DNA of 64,000 bases, from assembly GCA_963771355.1 (NCBI GenBank), contig CAVYTA010000006.1, positions 640,001 through 704,000 on the forward strand, in the 5' to 3' direction. This DNA comes from an uncultured Candidatus Rokubacteria bacterium. GTDB taxonomy: Bacteria > Methylomirabilota > Methylomirabilia > Rokubacteriales > CSP1-6. The notes beneath the pieces were generated by a model. That model worked only from the letters and a program-made list of their open reading frames with translations, did not search any database and was not told the DNA's origin. Position 1 is the stretch's first letter; each line of letters opens with the position of its first letter. A program made the translations under genes and the position numbers. Of this stretch, positions 40,270 to 51,323 are shown one piece after another.

Positions 40270-40887
40270 ATGATGGCCCAGACGACGAGGACGACACCGA
40301 GCCTGATCGCGCAACTCTATGCCCGTGATGCCGCCCAGGCGGTCGACAACCGGCGGGCTGCGGGTGGCCGTGCCTACCTCGCGCCGCTGGATAACCATGC
40401 CCGCGCCCTCGGTTACCCGGGGGGCATTCTCGCGGCGATCGATGCCGAGGTTGCGGAGCTCGCGGGTTGTGATGACAAGGTCAGGGCCGCGAGCGAGGCG
40501 GCGCTCAAGCAGCATCCCGATCCACCACCGGGGGCGCGGCGCCGAGTTGCCGACGCCGAGCGCGCGCTCCGCAACACGGCCTTGGGCGCGTTGAATGTCC
40601 TCGACAGCAATCCCGCCCTGCTGGCCGACTGGCGGCAGCGCATCACCAGCCTCCCCGACGATGCGGGCCCGAACCACGCTGAGGCCCACTGGCTTTGCAT
40701 CTGGCCGCTGCTGGGTCGCGCGCGTGGGTTGTTCGCGGTTCCCGCGGCGCTCGATGCGCAAGCGCGGGCCCTCGGGGTCCTCGTCGAGGCCGAGCTGGCG
40801 CAGGGCCAGCCCGTCGAGGTGCCGCCGGGCCGCGGGTCGTTGCCTGAGACGGAGCGCCCAAGGCGCGAGGCTCCTAAAGGGCCGTGA
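40270..40887 (+). CDS. Element conserved gene X, unknown function
   Basis: TALGALNVLDSNPA...ITSLPD...PLLGRAR; homologous to 51324-51989. Confidence 0.6.
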   Translation: MMAQTTRTTPSLIAQLYARDAAQAVDNRRAAGGRAYLAPLDNHARALGYPGGILAAIDAEVAELAGCDDKVRAASEAALKQHPDPPPGARRRVADAERALRNTALGALNVLDSNPALLADWRQRITSLPDDAGPNHAEAHWLCIWPLLGRARGLFAVPAALDAQARALGVLVEAELAQGQPVEVPPGRGSLPETERPRREAPKGP

Positions 40888-41314
40888 CGGTGACGCACCA
40901 TGATTAGGCCACACAACGCGCGCAGCCGGAGGACCATGTGATGGCCGATGAGATGACGCCTGCAACGACGGACGCGGACACGCTGAAGGGACATTACCTC
41001 ACGGCGCTCCGCGGCGGAGCCAGCCTCGCCGAGCTCGAGCGGCGGGAGTTTGTGGCGACCATCGCCCAGGCGGGGGCGCCGATGCTGCGGCGCTCCTCGG
41101 CCGAGCGCAACAGCATCCGCCAGCGGATCGCGCGGCGGTTCTACACGAAGGGGGCCTAGCCGTGATTGTGCCCGACGAGCTCGACCATCCCGCCGCTGGC
41201 CATTTCCTGCCCTCCCAGCCCGCCGAAGGCCAAGAGTAGGGGTCTTACCCTGTCTGCCGGGGAAACTCCGCCTGTAGCGCGCCCGGACGGCGTACGTGCG
41301 CCCGCTGAGGGGGC

Positions 41315-41503
41315 GTGCTAGCCTCCCGGCTATGCCCCGTCTGCAAGAAGGTGCCGATCCACGCCGGCCAGGAGGTGTGCTCCGGCCGGTGCCGGGCCGG
41401 TCGGAGCCGGCAGCGGCAGGCCGAGGCTCAGCGGGAGCGAGACGCGGAGATCCGGGCGCTGCTCGAGGCGGCACTGAAGAAGCTGCAGGAGGGCGTGCCA
41501 TGA
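41315..41503 (+). CDS. Small CxxC...CSxxC zinc-finger/coiled-coil protein
   Basis: CPVCKK...CSGRCR...EIRALLEAALKKL; second copy at 53249-53431. Confidence 0.65.
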   Translation: MLASRLCPVCKKVPIHAGQEVCSGRCRAGRSRQRQAEAQRERDAEIRALLEAALKKLQEGVP

Positions 41504-41542
41504 ATCGGCGAGTGGCTCCTGTGGAAAGGTAAGGAGAACCCG

Positions 41543-43008
41543 ATGCGTCGGGGTGCAAAGCCTGCAAAAGCGAAAGGTGAAAGCAAGCGTCCGGTCGCCC
41601 GCAAGTCAGGGAAGGGGGAAGGCTCGAGGGTGGGCGACCTCCAGAAGCGCCTGGCGGAGGCGCTGAAGCGTGAGGCAGAGGCGCTAGAGCAGCAGACGGC
41701 GACGAGCGAGATTCTGCGCGTCATCTCGAGTTCGCCGACGGACGTCCAGCCCGTGTTCGAACGATTCTCGAGCGGCGGCCGCGCTCTGCGAAGCGCAGCC
41801 GAGGACGCCATCTCGGCTCTACGAGGGCAAAGAGCGTTTCGACTCGGCGCGGGTTATAGGTCCGCGACCGGACCAGCTGCAATGGCTCCAGCAAGGGCTG
41901 CCTCGGTTTGGAGGCCGTGTGCTTCCGCGAGGCGGGCCCCTGGCGGAGTTGGCCAGGTTCTGGACGTCCGGGACACCGAGAACTAATCGCCGAGGGGGAA
42001 CCCGTCTATCCGGACCGCGATCACGAAGGGATGCGGACGCTCTCGCGGTGCCGATGGTCCACGATGGGCGTCTCGTTGGCTCGATCGCAGTCTACCGCCG
42101 CGAGACCCAGCCGTTCACCGACCGCCAGACCGCGCTCTCCAGACCTTCGCCGACCAGGCGTTGATCGCCATCGAGAACGTGCGGCTGTTCAAGGAGCTCA
42201 AGGAGGAATCAGGCGCTCGACGAGGCCTTGCAGCGTCAGACCGCGACCGTCGAATCTTGCGTGTGATAAGCCAGGCGCAGACCGACGCTCAGCCGGTGTT
42301 CGAGACGATCGCGGAAAGCGCCATGCGGTGTTCGGGGCGTGGGGGGCGCGGACGGCGCGTCGGGGCTACGGTCTCGCCGGCGGGGGGCCCTCCCGGCCGC
42401 GGCAAGTCCATCTGGAGCGATGGCGGACGCCGTGTCGTCCAGATCCGGACAGCCTCTGGACGGAGCCGGCCATGCTCGGCGAGAGCAGACCAGCATGCGG
42501 AACGGATTCCAGCGGGGCAGCCACAATGGGCCGTGCGCGGTTGCTTGAGGATGGGAGCCATGCTGCGGCGCCTAGGCCTCGTCGGGTATCGGGTGTCGCG
42601 CGAGCCTGCAGTGACGCCCGCGAGGTAGAGCTCATCAAGACCTTCGCGGACCAGGCCGTGATCGCCATGGAGAACGTGCGGCTGTTCAAGGAGCTACAAG
42701 CAAGCAAGCGCGAACTCACCACGGCGCTGGACCATCAGACCGCCACCAGCGACATCCTGGGGGTCATCAGCCGCTCGCTGGCGGATGTGCAGCCCGTCTT
42801 CGAAGCAATCGCCGAGAACGCCGCACGGCTCGTGCAGGCGTGGTCGGTGACCGTGCTCCGCTGGGACGGAGAATTCATCCACCTCGCGGCCGAGCGGGGC
42901 GGCCCGCCAGGCTCGGGGCAACGTCTGCGCGACAAGTCGCCCTGGCTTCCGAACACGACGTCCGGCCCTGGACGGTGCATCGCGACCGGCACCGTCATTC
43001 ACGTGCCC
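41543..43008 (+). pseudogene. Multi-GAF sensor protein remnant
   Basis: Repeated EQQTATSEILRVIS...DVQPVF and TFADQAVIA.ENVRLF; many frameshifts; truncated against the integrase. Confidence 0.8.
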
Positions 43009-43009
43009 G

Positions 43010-43882
43010 AAGGGGCGGCTCGCGCACCTCGACAGCGCCTTCCGAGGGCGACGGCTCGCGAGTCTCGGCCAAGCCGACGTGACCGCTTACGCGCTGCGCC
43101 GGCAAGGGCAGGGGGCCGCTAACGGGACGATCAATCGCGAGCTGGCCGTCTTGATTCGGATGTTGCGCCTCGCGTATGAATCCTCGAAGCTCCTCCGCCT
43201 GCCGACCATGCACAAGCTCAAGGAAGCCGGGCCGCGCCAAGGCTTCTTCGAGCGTGAGCAGTTCGAGGCGGTGCGTCGGCACCTGCGCCCGGATCTCCAG
43301 CTCGCCGCCACGATCTGCTACCAGCTCGGTTGGCGGGTCCGGTCGGAGGTGCTCGCGCTGGAGCGCCGACAGATCGACCTTGAGGCGGGGACGCTTCGGC
43401 TCGAGCCCGGCACCACCAAGAACGACGAGGGGCGCTTCTGCTACGTGACCCCGGAGCTCCGCGCGATGCTGGCCGCCCAGGTCGAGCGCGTGCGGGCGCT
43501 CGAGCGGAAGACCGGCCGTATCATCGCGGCACTCTTCCCGCACCTTCAGGGCGCGCGCGAGCGGAAGCCGGGGCACCGGGGGCGCGTGATCGGCGAGCCC
43601 ATGCGGAACTTCCGGAAGGCCTGGGCGACCGCCTGCAAGGCCGCCGGGGTCGCGGGGATGCTGCGGCACGACTTCCGGCGCACTGCGGTGCGGAACATGG
43701 TGAACGCCGGGGTCCCGGAGCGCGTGGCGATGAAGGTCACCGGGCACAAGACGCGGGCCGTGTTTGACCGCTACCACATCGTGAGCCCAGGGGACCTGCA
43801 GGACGTGGCGCGCCGGATGGCGGGCACAATTCCGGGCACAGTGACCCCCCTCGGGGTTGACGGCCGGTCGGTAAGTGTGTAG
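43010..43882 (+). pseudogene. int: Tyrosine integrase, N-terminus deleted
   Basis: TINREL, GWR..E, TKN, RHDFRR, GHKT, DRY catalytic set; lacks the N-terminus present in the 57114 copy. Confidence 0.88.
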
Positions 43883-43885
43883 GTT
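43857..43885 (+). promoter_or_regulatory. Sigma70-type promoter inside the integrase 3' end, facing the tRNA sequence
   Basis: TTGACG-N17-TAGGTT, ending 9 nt before the tRNA 5' end. Confidence 0.55.
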
Positions 43886-43894
43886 TTCAGGCAC

Positions 43895-43935
43895 GGACGA
43901 TTAGCTCAGTTGGCAGAGCACCGGCCTCACATGCC
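43895..43935 (+). repeat. att site: 41-bp duplicate of the tRNA-Val 5' half
   Basis: Identical to 58226-58266; ends just past the anticodon loop. Confidence 0.95.
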
Positions 43936-43951
43936 CACCGGGCACACAACG

Positions 43952-43986
43952 CCCCTCGCGGAATCGCAAGGTTCCCGAGGGGTTTT
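43952..43986 (+). terminator. Intrinsic terminator just inside the element left end
   Basis: cccctcg/cgagggg plus ggaat/gttcc stem, C(GCAA)G loop, followed by tttt. Confidence 0.65.
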
Positions 43987-44101
43987 CTCTATCGCCTCCG
44001 GTGCTCGGGGGGCGGTGGGAGGGCAGTTTCCGCCGACGATGGGGACAGCAGGGGACAGTGATTCGCGAATAGGATTACCCTCGCGGGCTAGCCGCCGCGT
44101 C

Positions 44102-44791
44102 ATGAACGGCGGTGAACGGGCGGACCTCGCCGCCCTGCCCGCGATTCCACCTCGAGGCGCTCTATCGAGGGATGAGCATATGCCAGATTCCCGGCGCCTG
44201 CCGCGGCTGTCGGATCTCACTGCCTCCTCCGGGGATCTCATCGCGCAGCTCGAAATGGAGGCGGACCTCCCTGGCTCAACCTGGAAGCGCCTCTACCTCG
44301 TGGCGCTAAAGCGCATGGCGACCATGAAGGCATCGCGTCAGCTCGGCCATTTGTGTGCGGCAGAGACCTACAGCCTCGCGTTTCATCGGGGCGCCGAGCC
44401 CGAGCACCAGCGCTGGTGCAACGAGCGACTCACGGCTATTGAGGCGCGCACGATCCGCCCGCAGACGCTCAAGACCCAAACGGGAGTCGCGGACCCCGAG
44501 TATCTGTTCCTGTGTTTCCAGCACGTGAGAAACCTTCTCGAGCAGGGCGCCGACACACCGGCTCTTCAGCGCGCCTGGAAGCGCTGCGGTGGTGGAGGCA
44601 AGGTTCGGGACGGTTTCGTGGAGATCGTACGCCAGGAACAGCCGATTCCCGGGGCCCTCACGTTTATTGCCAAGGTGTTCGGCTATCGGGATGAGGAAAC
44701 CGTGAGTGTCATCCTTCGCCACGCAGGGTTCGCGCTCGACCAACACCATATGTCAATGGAATCCCCACCAAAATCTCCCGCAGAGTCGTAA
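44102..44791 (+). CDS. Hypothetical protein (first element gene; start uncertain)
   Basis: Long open frame, lower GC; no recognised motif. Confidence 0.5.
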   Translation: MNGGERADLAALPAIPPRGALSRDEHMPDSRRLPRLSDLTASSGDLIAQLEMEADLPGSTWKRLYLVALKRMATMKASRQLGHLCAAETYSLAFHRGAEPEHQRWCNERLTAIEARTIRPQTLKTQTGVADPEYLFLCFQHVRNLLEQGADTPALQRAWKRCGGGGKVRDGFVEIVRQEQPIPGALTFIAKVFGYRDEETVSVILRHAGFALDQHHMSMESPPKSPAES

Positions 44792-44881
44792 CCCCGCGAG
44801 TCCACACGCGAACCGCCAGAGTGCTGCGCGGCGCGCGTGATTCCTGACAGCGCTCCGACCGTAGTTCATTCTGGGAGCGCG

Positions 44882-45090
44882 ATGAGACTCGAACCTCCAG
44901 CGGCCTCCGGTTGTTGACGTTTATCGACGTCGCCCGTGCTCTCGGCTGCCACCGGCGCACGGTCAAGCGCCTGGTTGAGGACGGACTACTCCCCGCGGTC
45001 CGCCTGCATCAGACCTTGCGTGTCGCGGAGCGTGACCTGATCGAGTTCCTTGACCGGCGTCAGAGACCGGCGCCAGAAGACGCAGCGTAG
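44882..45090 (+). CDS. Excisionase-like HTH DNA-binding protein
   Basis: Manual translation LLTFIDVARALGCHRRTVKRLVEDGLLPAVRLHQTLRV; either TTG 44911 or a frameshift from SD-led ATG 44882. Confidence 0.75.
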
Positions 45091-45247
45091 TGACCTCTAC
45101 CGGCGGCGGTCGGGTCCGGGACACCGCGGACGGACGCCAAGCTATCGCGGAGCAGATCGCCCGCCTTCGAGAGTGGTGCCAGGAAACGGAGACGCCGTGG
45201 CGGCCGCCCACCTCCGAGCCGGAGCCGGCGCTCGAGGCCGATCGGGC

Positions 45248-47098
45248 GTGAGCGACTTCGATCCGCTCGCGGTCGGGGAAGCCGCCGGGCTGCTCGCGCG
45301 GCACGGCAGCGTCATCGAGGTGCGGCTCCTCAACACCGCGAAGGGCACTGTCAGCGGCTACTTCGGCGCCCTCGAGCCGCTGGTGGCCGCGCTCCAGCCC
45401 TGGGACGGCCAGGCGTCAGTCTACGTAGTGATGAACGAGCCCGACGGGCGGCTGCTGGCGCGGAGCCGGAATCGGCTGACCGTGCACGCCAAGGCCACCA
45501 CCACCGACGCCGACATCGTGCGGCGGGTGTGGTTCCTCGTGGACATCGACTCGGTGCGCCCGAAGGGCATCGCGGCGACCGACGAAGAGGTGGCGGCCGC
45601 GCTGGCATGCCGGGATGATGTCGTGGCGTGGCTCTGCGAGCAGGGGTGGCCCGATCCCGTCCTCGTGATGTCCGGCAACGGGGGCCACGCGCTCTACGCG
45701 ATTGACGAGCCCAACGACGAGGCCACGACCCGACTGCTCGAGCGGGGACTCAAGGCGTTGGCTGCGCGCTTCAGCAACCGCACGGTGACGGTGGATACCT
45801 CCGTCTTCAACGCCGCGCGCCTCGTGAAGTTGCCGGGGACGGTGGCCGTCAAGGGCGACGCGACGCCGGAGCGCCCCCACCGGCGGGCGCGATTGGAGAA
45901 GGTCCCGCATCCGTGTGGCGTGGTCACGCGCGAGCAGCTGACCAGGCTGGCGGCCCAGGCCCCGGCCGTGCTCGCGCCCTCGCCGGCCCTCGCCGCGGAC
46001 GAGCTGGACGTGGCCGAAGAGTTCAAGCGGCGCGGCTGGTACCGGAAGGCCCTGACCGGAGGCAAGCACGCGGTGACATGCCCGTGGGACTCCGACCACT
46101 CGGGCGCGTCAGGGCTGACGGAGGCCGTGCTCTTCGATCCCCGACCACCCAGCAGCGCGTGGGGCTTCAAGTGCCAGCACATGCACTGCGTCGGCCGGAC
46201 CATTCGGGACGTGTATGCGCTGCTGCGGGGCCAGACGCCCCGCGGAGCCGTCACGGTGGTGTCGCGCGCGCTCAAGGACATTCTCCACGAGGTGCGCGCT
46301 GACCTGAAGGCCGGGCCGAAGCACGTCGTCTCCACCCCGTTCGACGCGCTCAACTTCCTCCTGCACGGCGGCTTTCACCCCGGCGAACTGTGCATCCTCG
46401 GCGCGCGGCCCGGCCGGGGGAAAAGTGCCTTTGATCTCCTCTTCGCGGTGCATGCCGCCCAGGCCGGCCACCCGGTCACGGTGGTGTCGCGGGAGATGAG
46501 CGAGCGGGCGCTCGGTCGGCGCCTCTATGCGCAGCAGGGCGGGGTCCATGCCGGGAAGCTTCGCGCGGGCACCCTGGACCGCGCCGACTGGGCGCGCATC
46601 GACACGGCGCACGCCGTCCTGGACCCGCTGCCCATCCACATGACCGACCAGGCCCTCACCATCGAGCAGATCCAGAGTCTGGCGCGGCGGGACGCGACCG
46701 AGCACGGGCTCGGGGTGCTCTGCGTGGACTATCTCCAGCTCGTGGGGGCCGACCGACGGATGCCCGACAAGCGACTAGCCGTGGAGTACGTGAGCCAGTG
46801 CTTGAAAGGGCTGGCCGTCGATCTGAAGTGCGTGGTGCTCGCGCTGTCGAGCCTCAACCGCCCAATGAAGAGCACCAGCTCCCCGCGGCCAGGGCTGCAC
46901 GATCTCCGCGAGTCCGGCGCCCTCGAGCACGACGCCGATGTGGCCATGTTCCTCCACCGCGTGGCGTCCACTCCGCCCGACCCGGCCGCAGGGATCGAGA
47001 TGGAACTGCTCCTCGAGAAGGGGCGGGAGACGGCGACGGGGCTCGTGCCGCTGACCTTCTGGGGCTCGACCTTGACCTTCACCCCGCGGAGTCATTGA
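45248..47098 (+). CDS. AEP primase - Zn finger - DnaB-like (SF4) helicase fusion
   Basis: FLVDID, SGNGGH, RLVKLPGT; CPW...H...CQHMHC; GARPGRGKS, VDYLQL, LRESGALEHDAD. Confidence 0.85.
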   Translation: MSDFDPLAVGEAAGLLARHGSVIEVRLLNTAKGTVSGYFGALEPLVAALQPWDGQASVYVVMNEPDGRLLARSRNRLTVHAKATTTDADIVRRVWFLVDIDSVRPKGIAATDEEVAAALACRDDVVAWLCEQGWPDPVLVMSGNGGHALYAIDEPNDEATTRLLERGLKALAARFSNRTVTVDTSVFNAARLVKLPGTVAVKGDATPERPHRRARLEKVPHPCGVVTREQLTRLAAQAPAVLAPSPALAADELDVAEEFKRRGWYRKALTGGKHAVTCPWDSDHSGASGLTEAVLFDPRPPSSAWGFKCQHMHCVGRTIRDVYALLRGQTPRGAVTVVSRALKDILHEVRADLKAGPKHVVSTPFDALNFLLHGGFHPGELCILGARPGRGKSAFDLLFAVHAAQAGHPVTVVSREMSERALGRRLYAQQGGVHAGKLRAGTLDRADWARIDTAHAVLDPLPIHMTDQALTIEQIQSLARRDATEHGLGVLCVDYLQLVGADRRMPDKRLAVEYVSQCLKGLAVDLKCVVLALSSLNRPMKSTSSPRPGLHDLRESGALEHDADVAMFLHRVASTPPDPAAGIEMELLLEKGRETATGLVPLTFWGSTLTFTPRSH

Positions 47099-47673
47099 TG
47101 GGCTGGGCTCGCGTGGATGACGGCGCGTACACGCATCCGAAGTTCCTCGGGCTCGACCCCGCGGCGGTCGGGCTGTGGGCGCTGGCGTTGAGCTACTGCA
47201 ATCACCATCTGACCGACGGCTTCGTGCCGCGTACGCAGGTGCCCCGGCTCGTGGCCTGTCCCCCCACGCTGGCGTTCAAGCTCGCTCACGAGTTGCAGAA
47301 GCACGGGCTCTGGGAGGAGCGCGGCAAGGACGGCTTCCAAGTGCACGACTACCTCGACTGGAACCCCTCGGCCACCGAGATCCGGCGCGACCGCGCGCTG
47401 CACCGGGAACGCCAGGCCCGCTATCGCAGCCGGCAGACGGGACGCTTTGGTGACGCATCACGTAGCGCGTCAGCGGAAGCGTCAGGTGATCCGTCAGTGA
47501 CGGCAGCAGTGACGTCCACCCACGCCACGCCACTCCACTACCCCCCTATAGTCCCCCCTCCGTCAGGGGTAGCCACCCCACCCCACCGCGGCGACGACGA
47601 CTCCAGGGTTCCGGCGTGGCTGCCGCCGCCCGGGATCGATTTACCACGACGGCTGCCCCAAGCCCGGGTATGA
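47098..47673 (+). CDS. Phage replication-initiator-like protein
   Basis: MGWARVDD...HPK...GLW...TDGFVP...GLWE...HDYLDWNPS; translationally coupled to the helicase. Confidence 0.6.
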   Translation: MGWARVDDGAYTHPKFLGLDPAAVGLWALALSYCNHHLTDGFVPRTQVPRLVACPPTLAFKLAHELQKHGLWEERGKDGFQVHDYLDWNPSATEIRRDRALHRERQARYRSRQTGRFGDASRSASAEASGDPSVTAAVTSTHATPLHYPPIVPPPSGVATPPHRGDDDSRVPAWLPPPGIDLPRRLPQARV

Positions 47674-47736
47674 GCATCTCTTCCCCACAGATCGCCAAGC
47701 CCGGTGCCCGAAACATCGGATTGAGGGCTCTGAGTG

Positions 47737-48200
47737 ATGGGTGAATCCAGCGCGCCCCTTTCGCCGGTGCAGCCCTCGGTGCAGCACCGGCCAGCACCGT
47801 CCGGGTGCATCGTCGGCCAGGAGCGGGGTCAGCAGTGCTTTCCGGTCGTTCCGGGCTCGCCCTACTGCGACAACCACGACCCCGAGCGGCGCAGAGTCGC
47901 CGCCGGGAGATCACCCGGCTGGCCGCCCGAGCGAGCCACGCCCGCCGCAGAGACCCCGAGCTCGAGGCCTGGGCCAGCACCCTCGACTTCAGCAACGAGG
48001 AGAAGCGTCAGCAGGCGCTCCGTGAGACGGCCATGCACGTGGCGAAGGACAGGCTGACGCCCGCTAAGGGCCATGCCATCGCCGCCCTGGCTCGAGCGGC
48101 CACCAGCAAGCCGGCGAAGACCGCGCCAGCCCCGCGCCTGCTCCATGTCGTCACGGCGGCATCGAGCCCCCGGCCGCCTCGTGAGCGCCCCGCTCCCGCT
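47737..48200 (+). CDS. Cys/His-containing hypothetical protein, possible small terminase (frameshifted)
   Basis: C...C...YCDNHDP then a helical region in another frame; lies upstream of TerL. Confidence 0.35.
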
Positions 48201-48627
48201 GGCCGCTGCGCAGGCGCGACTCGGCAAGCCGGGCCGGCCCGCGCAGAAGCGCTCCCGACCGTTCGGGCTCAGACGGGGACAAACATGGGGCCAGTGCGCC
48301 CTGCGTCCGCGACCGAATCCCGCCGCCACGCGGACTTGCGGAGCGGCGAGCACTGGCTGTGACGCCGACGGCTGCGCCCGCCGCGGCTCCTCGATCCGGG
48401 CGCTGCCTCGGCCGCCTAGTCATGGGCCTGCTTCTCTCCGACCTGGACCGTGCGCGACCTGATCGCGGCCGGGACATTCCAGCGGGTGACGATGCCGGCG
48501 CCCGTGACGCGAAGCGCCGGGGCGGGGCGATCCGCAAGGTGCTGCTGGACCGCCTGCAGCTCGACGCCGCGGTGACCGCCTGGAAGGGCACCCGCGGACC
48601 GGCCAGGACAGAGAAGCAGGGGCCCCG

Positions 48628-50141
48628 ATGACCACGACGGTAGAGCAGGTCCATCTCCCGCACGCCCTCCGCTTCTACGACCACCAGCGCGAGGCCATTC
48701 AGGCCTTCCACGAGGGCGCCCGGCGGGCGATCTGGCGGTGGCATCGGCAAGGCGGCAAGGGAGCCGGGCGCGCTCGGCTGGGTCGGCATGGCGGCCTTCG
48801 AGCGGCCGGGCACCTACCTGGTGGCGAGCCCGACGAAGGAGCTGTCCCGTGAGAACTACTGGGACGCCCGCGATCCCGACAGCGGGGAGTCCTATCGGGA
48901 TCTGGTGTTCCCGCGGGAGATCGTGCTCGACACGAACGAGAACGAGCTGAGCATGGAGATGCTCACCGCGAAGCGCGGGGCAGACCTCGCGCATCGTCTT
49001 CCGCAGCGCGGATGATCCCGACCGGCTCCGCGGCCCCGCCTATGCCGGCGTGGTGCTCGACGAGTTTGCGACGATGCCGGGCCGCGAGCCGCTGGACATC
49101 GTGCGCATCCCCCTCGAGCGCGCGGGCGGGTGGCTGCTCATCACGTCCACGCCGAAGGGCCTCAACCACTTCCACGAGGTGTGGAAGAACGCCGAGGGCG
49201 CAGGCGGCTGGTATCTCTCGACCAAGACCATCGAGGACACGCAGCGCCACGACGGCACGCCGATCATCCCGCTGGCCGCGGTGGAGCAGGAGCGCCGCGA
49301 AGGGCAGAGCGAGGAGTGGATCGCGCAGGAATACTACGTCGCCTTCACCGCGGCGCTCATCGGGGCGTACTTCGCCGACGTGCTGACGGCGGCCGAGCGC
49401 GAGGGGCGCATCACCGACCTGGCCCCGCGGCCGACGCTCAAGGTGTGGACCGGCTGGGACCTGGGCATCAGCGACCTGACGGTGGTGGTCTACCTGCAGC
49501 CCCGCCACGATCCAGGCGAGCGGGTGCACGTGATCGGCTGCGATGCCTGGGAAGGCGCGGCGCTGCCGGAGATCATCGCCGGGATGCAGGCGCACGGCTA
49601 CACCTTCGGCACGCACCTGGTGCCGCACGATGCGGCGAATCGGGAGAAGGGGAGCGGCAAGACCTACGTAGACGTGGCCCGCGAGCTCGGGGTGCGGCTC
49701 AAGGTGGTGCCGCGGGCGCCGAATCTGCTCGAGGGCATCGGCGCGGTGCGGGCGCTCTTCCCGCGGCTGGTGTTCGACCGGCGGCGGGCGGCGAAGCTGC
49801 TCGAGGCGCTGGGCGCGTACACGAAGACCTGGGACCCGCGGGGCAAGGTCTTCCGGCCGAGCCCGGCGCACACGTGGGCGTCTCACTATGCCGACGCGCT
49901 GCGCACGTTCGCGGTGGGGTATCGGGATCGGGACGAGTGGGCCGAACCGCGCCGGAGCTACCAAGCCAAGATGGCCGCATCCCCCCTGCACCAGATGACG
50001 CGCCCGGGCTCGTCGCGGCCGACGCGGCGGCGGCATCTCGACCCAGTGGAGGCCGACGAGTTCGAGGGAGGGACCAACATGGCGACGATTCCGAGCATCG
50101 ATGGCCGCGCAGCCGCTACGCAAGATGGGCGAGCGGCGTGA
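48628..50141 (+). CDS. terL: Terminase large subunit (two or more frameshifts in the 5' part)
   Basis: HQ...WHRQGGK Walker A, DRLRG...VVLDEFA Walker B, STPKG.NHF coupling motif, nuclease WDLG.SD, PHD, SHYADALR. Confidence 0.85.
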
Positions 50142-51323
50142 GGAGACCCGTCGCCCGTCAAGGTGAGCGCGGAGGAGACGCCCCACGGGTCGTTGATCGG
50201 GATCGAGTGCGCACCGGAACCTAACGAGGAGACATCATGCCCTACTTCAACGAACAAACCGGCGAGCCGACCGATGGGCCCGAATGGGACAGGCGTGACC
50301 GAGCCCGCCCCCTTCGACGGCGCACCGGAGCCGCCGGCGCAGACACAGCCCACGGATGCAGGGCCGACGATCACCAGCGACCGCATGATCAGGAGACGGT
50401 GGCGATCGCGTCGCTCACGCCGGAGGCGGCGCTGACCGAATACGACCGGATGACGGTCGCGTGGAGAAGAACCGCACTCGGCGACGACCGGACGCCGCGG
50501 AGCAGGCGTTCCTCGGCGACGCGACGCGCTATCATGCGCGGGAATGGGTTGCCGCTCGACGACAACCGCGTGCTCGGCGAGGTGTTTGCGGGCGGGCAGA
50601 TTGGGCCCCTCGATGCGGACGCGCTCGTTCAGCGCCGCGCCGCGGTGCCGGACGGCTATGCGTTTGACGAGGCGGCGACTGGTGATCGCGGCGACGGAGG
50701 CACGCACGATGGGCGCGCAGCCGTCCTCATCATGGAAATCACCGCCGCCCTGGCCGAGACCCTGGGAACAGGCCGAGCGGCGCGGCGGGGTGGGGTGGAG
50801 CGATGGGGAGGCGCGAGCGGAGCTGACGCGGCGGCATGGGCGCGACGGCATGGCCCGGCTCGTCGGCAATGCGCAGTACGCGTACCACGTGCTGTTAGAG
50901 AGCGAGCAGCCCCTCCTTGTGCAGCGCGTGCGGGGGGCTCGGGGAGGAATGGGGCGGGGATCCCGGCGTGATTACGCTCTTCGGCACCCTCATCTACGAC
51001 GCGCTGGGCGAGGGGCCGATCACGCCGGCGAAGGAGACAATCCTCCTCCGGCGCGGCGAGCGGCAGCCACGGCCGAGGACGCGGCGCAGGCGGCGGCCGC
51101 GAAACGCCAGCGGGAGGGAGACGGACCGAAGGCGACGAGGTCCCGCGCGGAGATGGTGACGACCACGGCGCAGGCGCATCAGCGGTGGCGGCGGAGGCGA
51201 GCCGTGAGCTCGGCGTCTTTATGACATCACCACCAACGAGAGGAGTAACGATCATAGCCGACGATCTGAGTGGCCTGAAGCAGATGGTGGACGGCCTGGT
51301 CCGAAACATGCCCGGGTGGAGCG

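Larger units (their letters stand above)
37985..43894. mobile_element. Decayed tandem relatives of the downstream integrative element (at least two relics; left end eroded)
   Basis: Homologues of element genes at 38135-38200, 38310-38375, 38700-38880, 39789-40070, 40270-40960 and 41315-41503; ends in an integrase abutting a tRNA 5' half. Confidence 0.7.
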
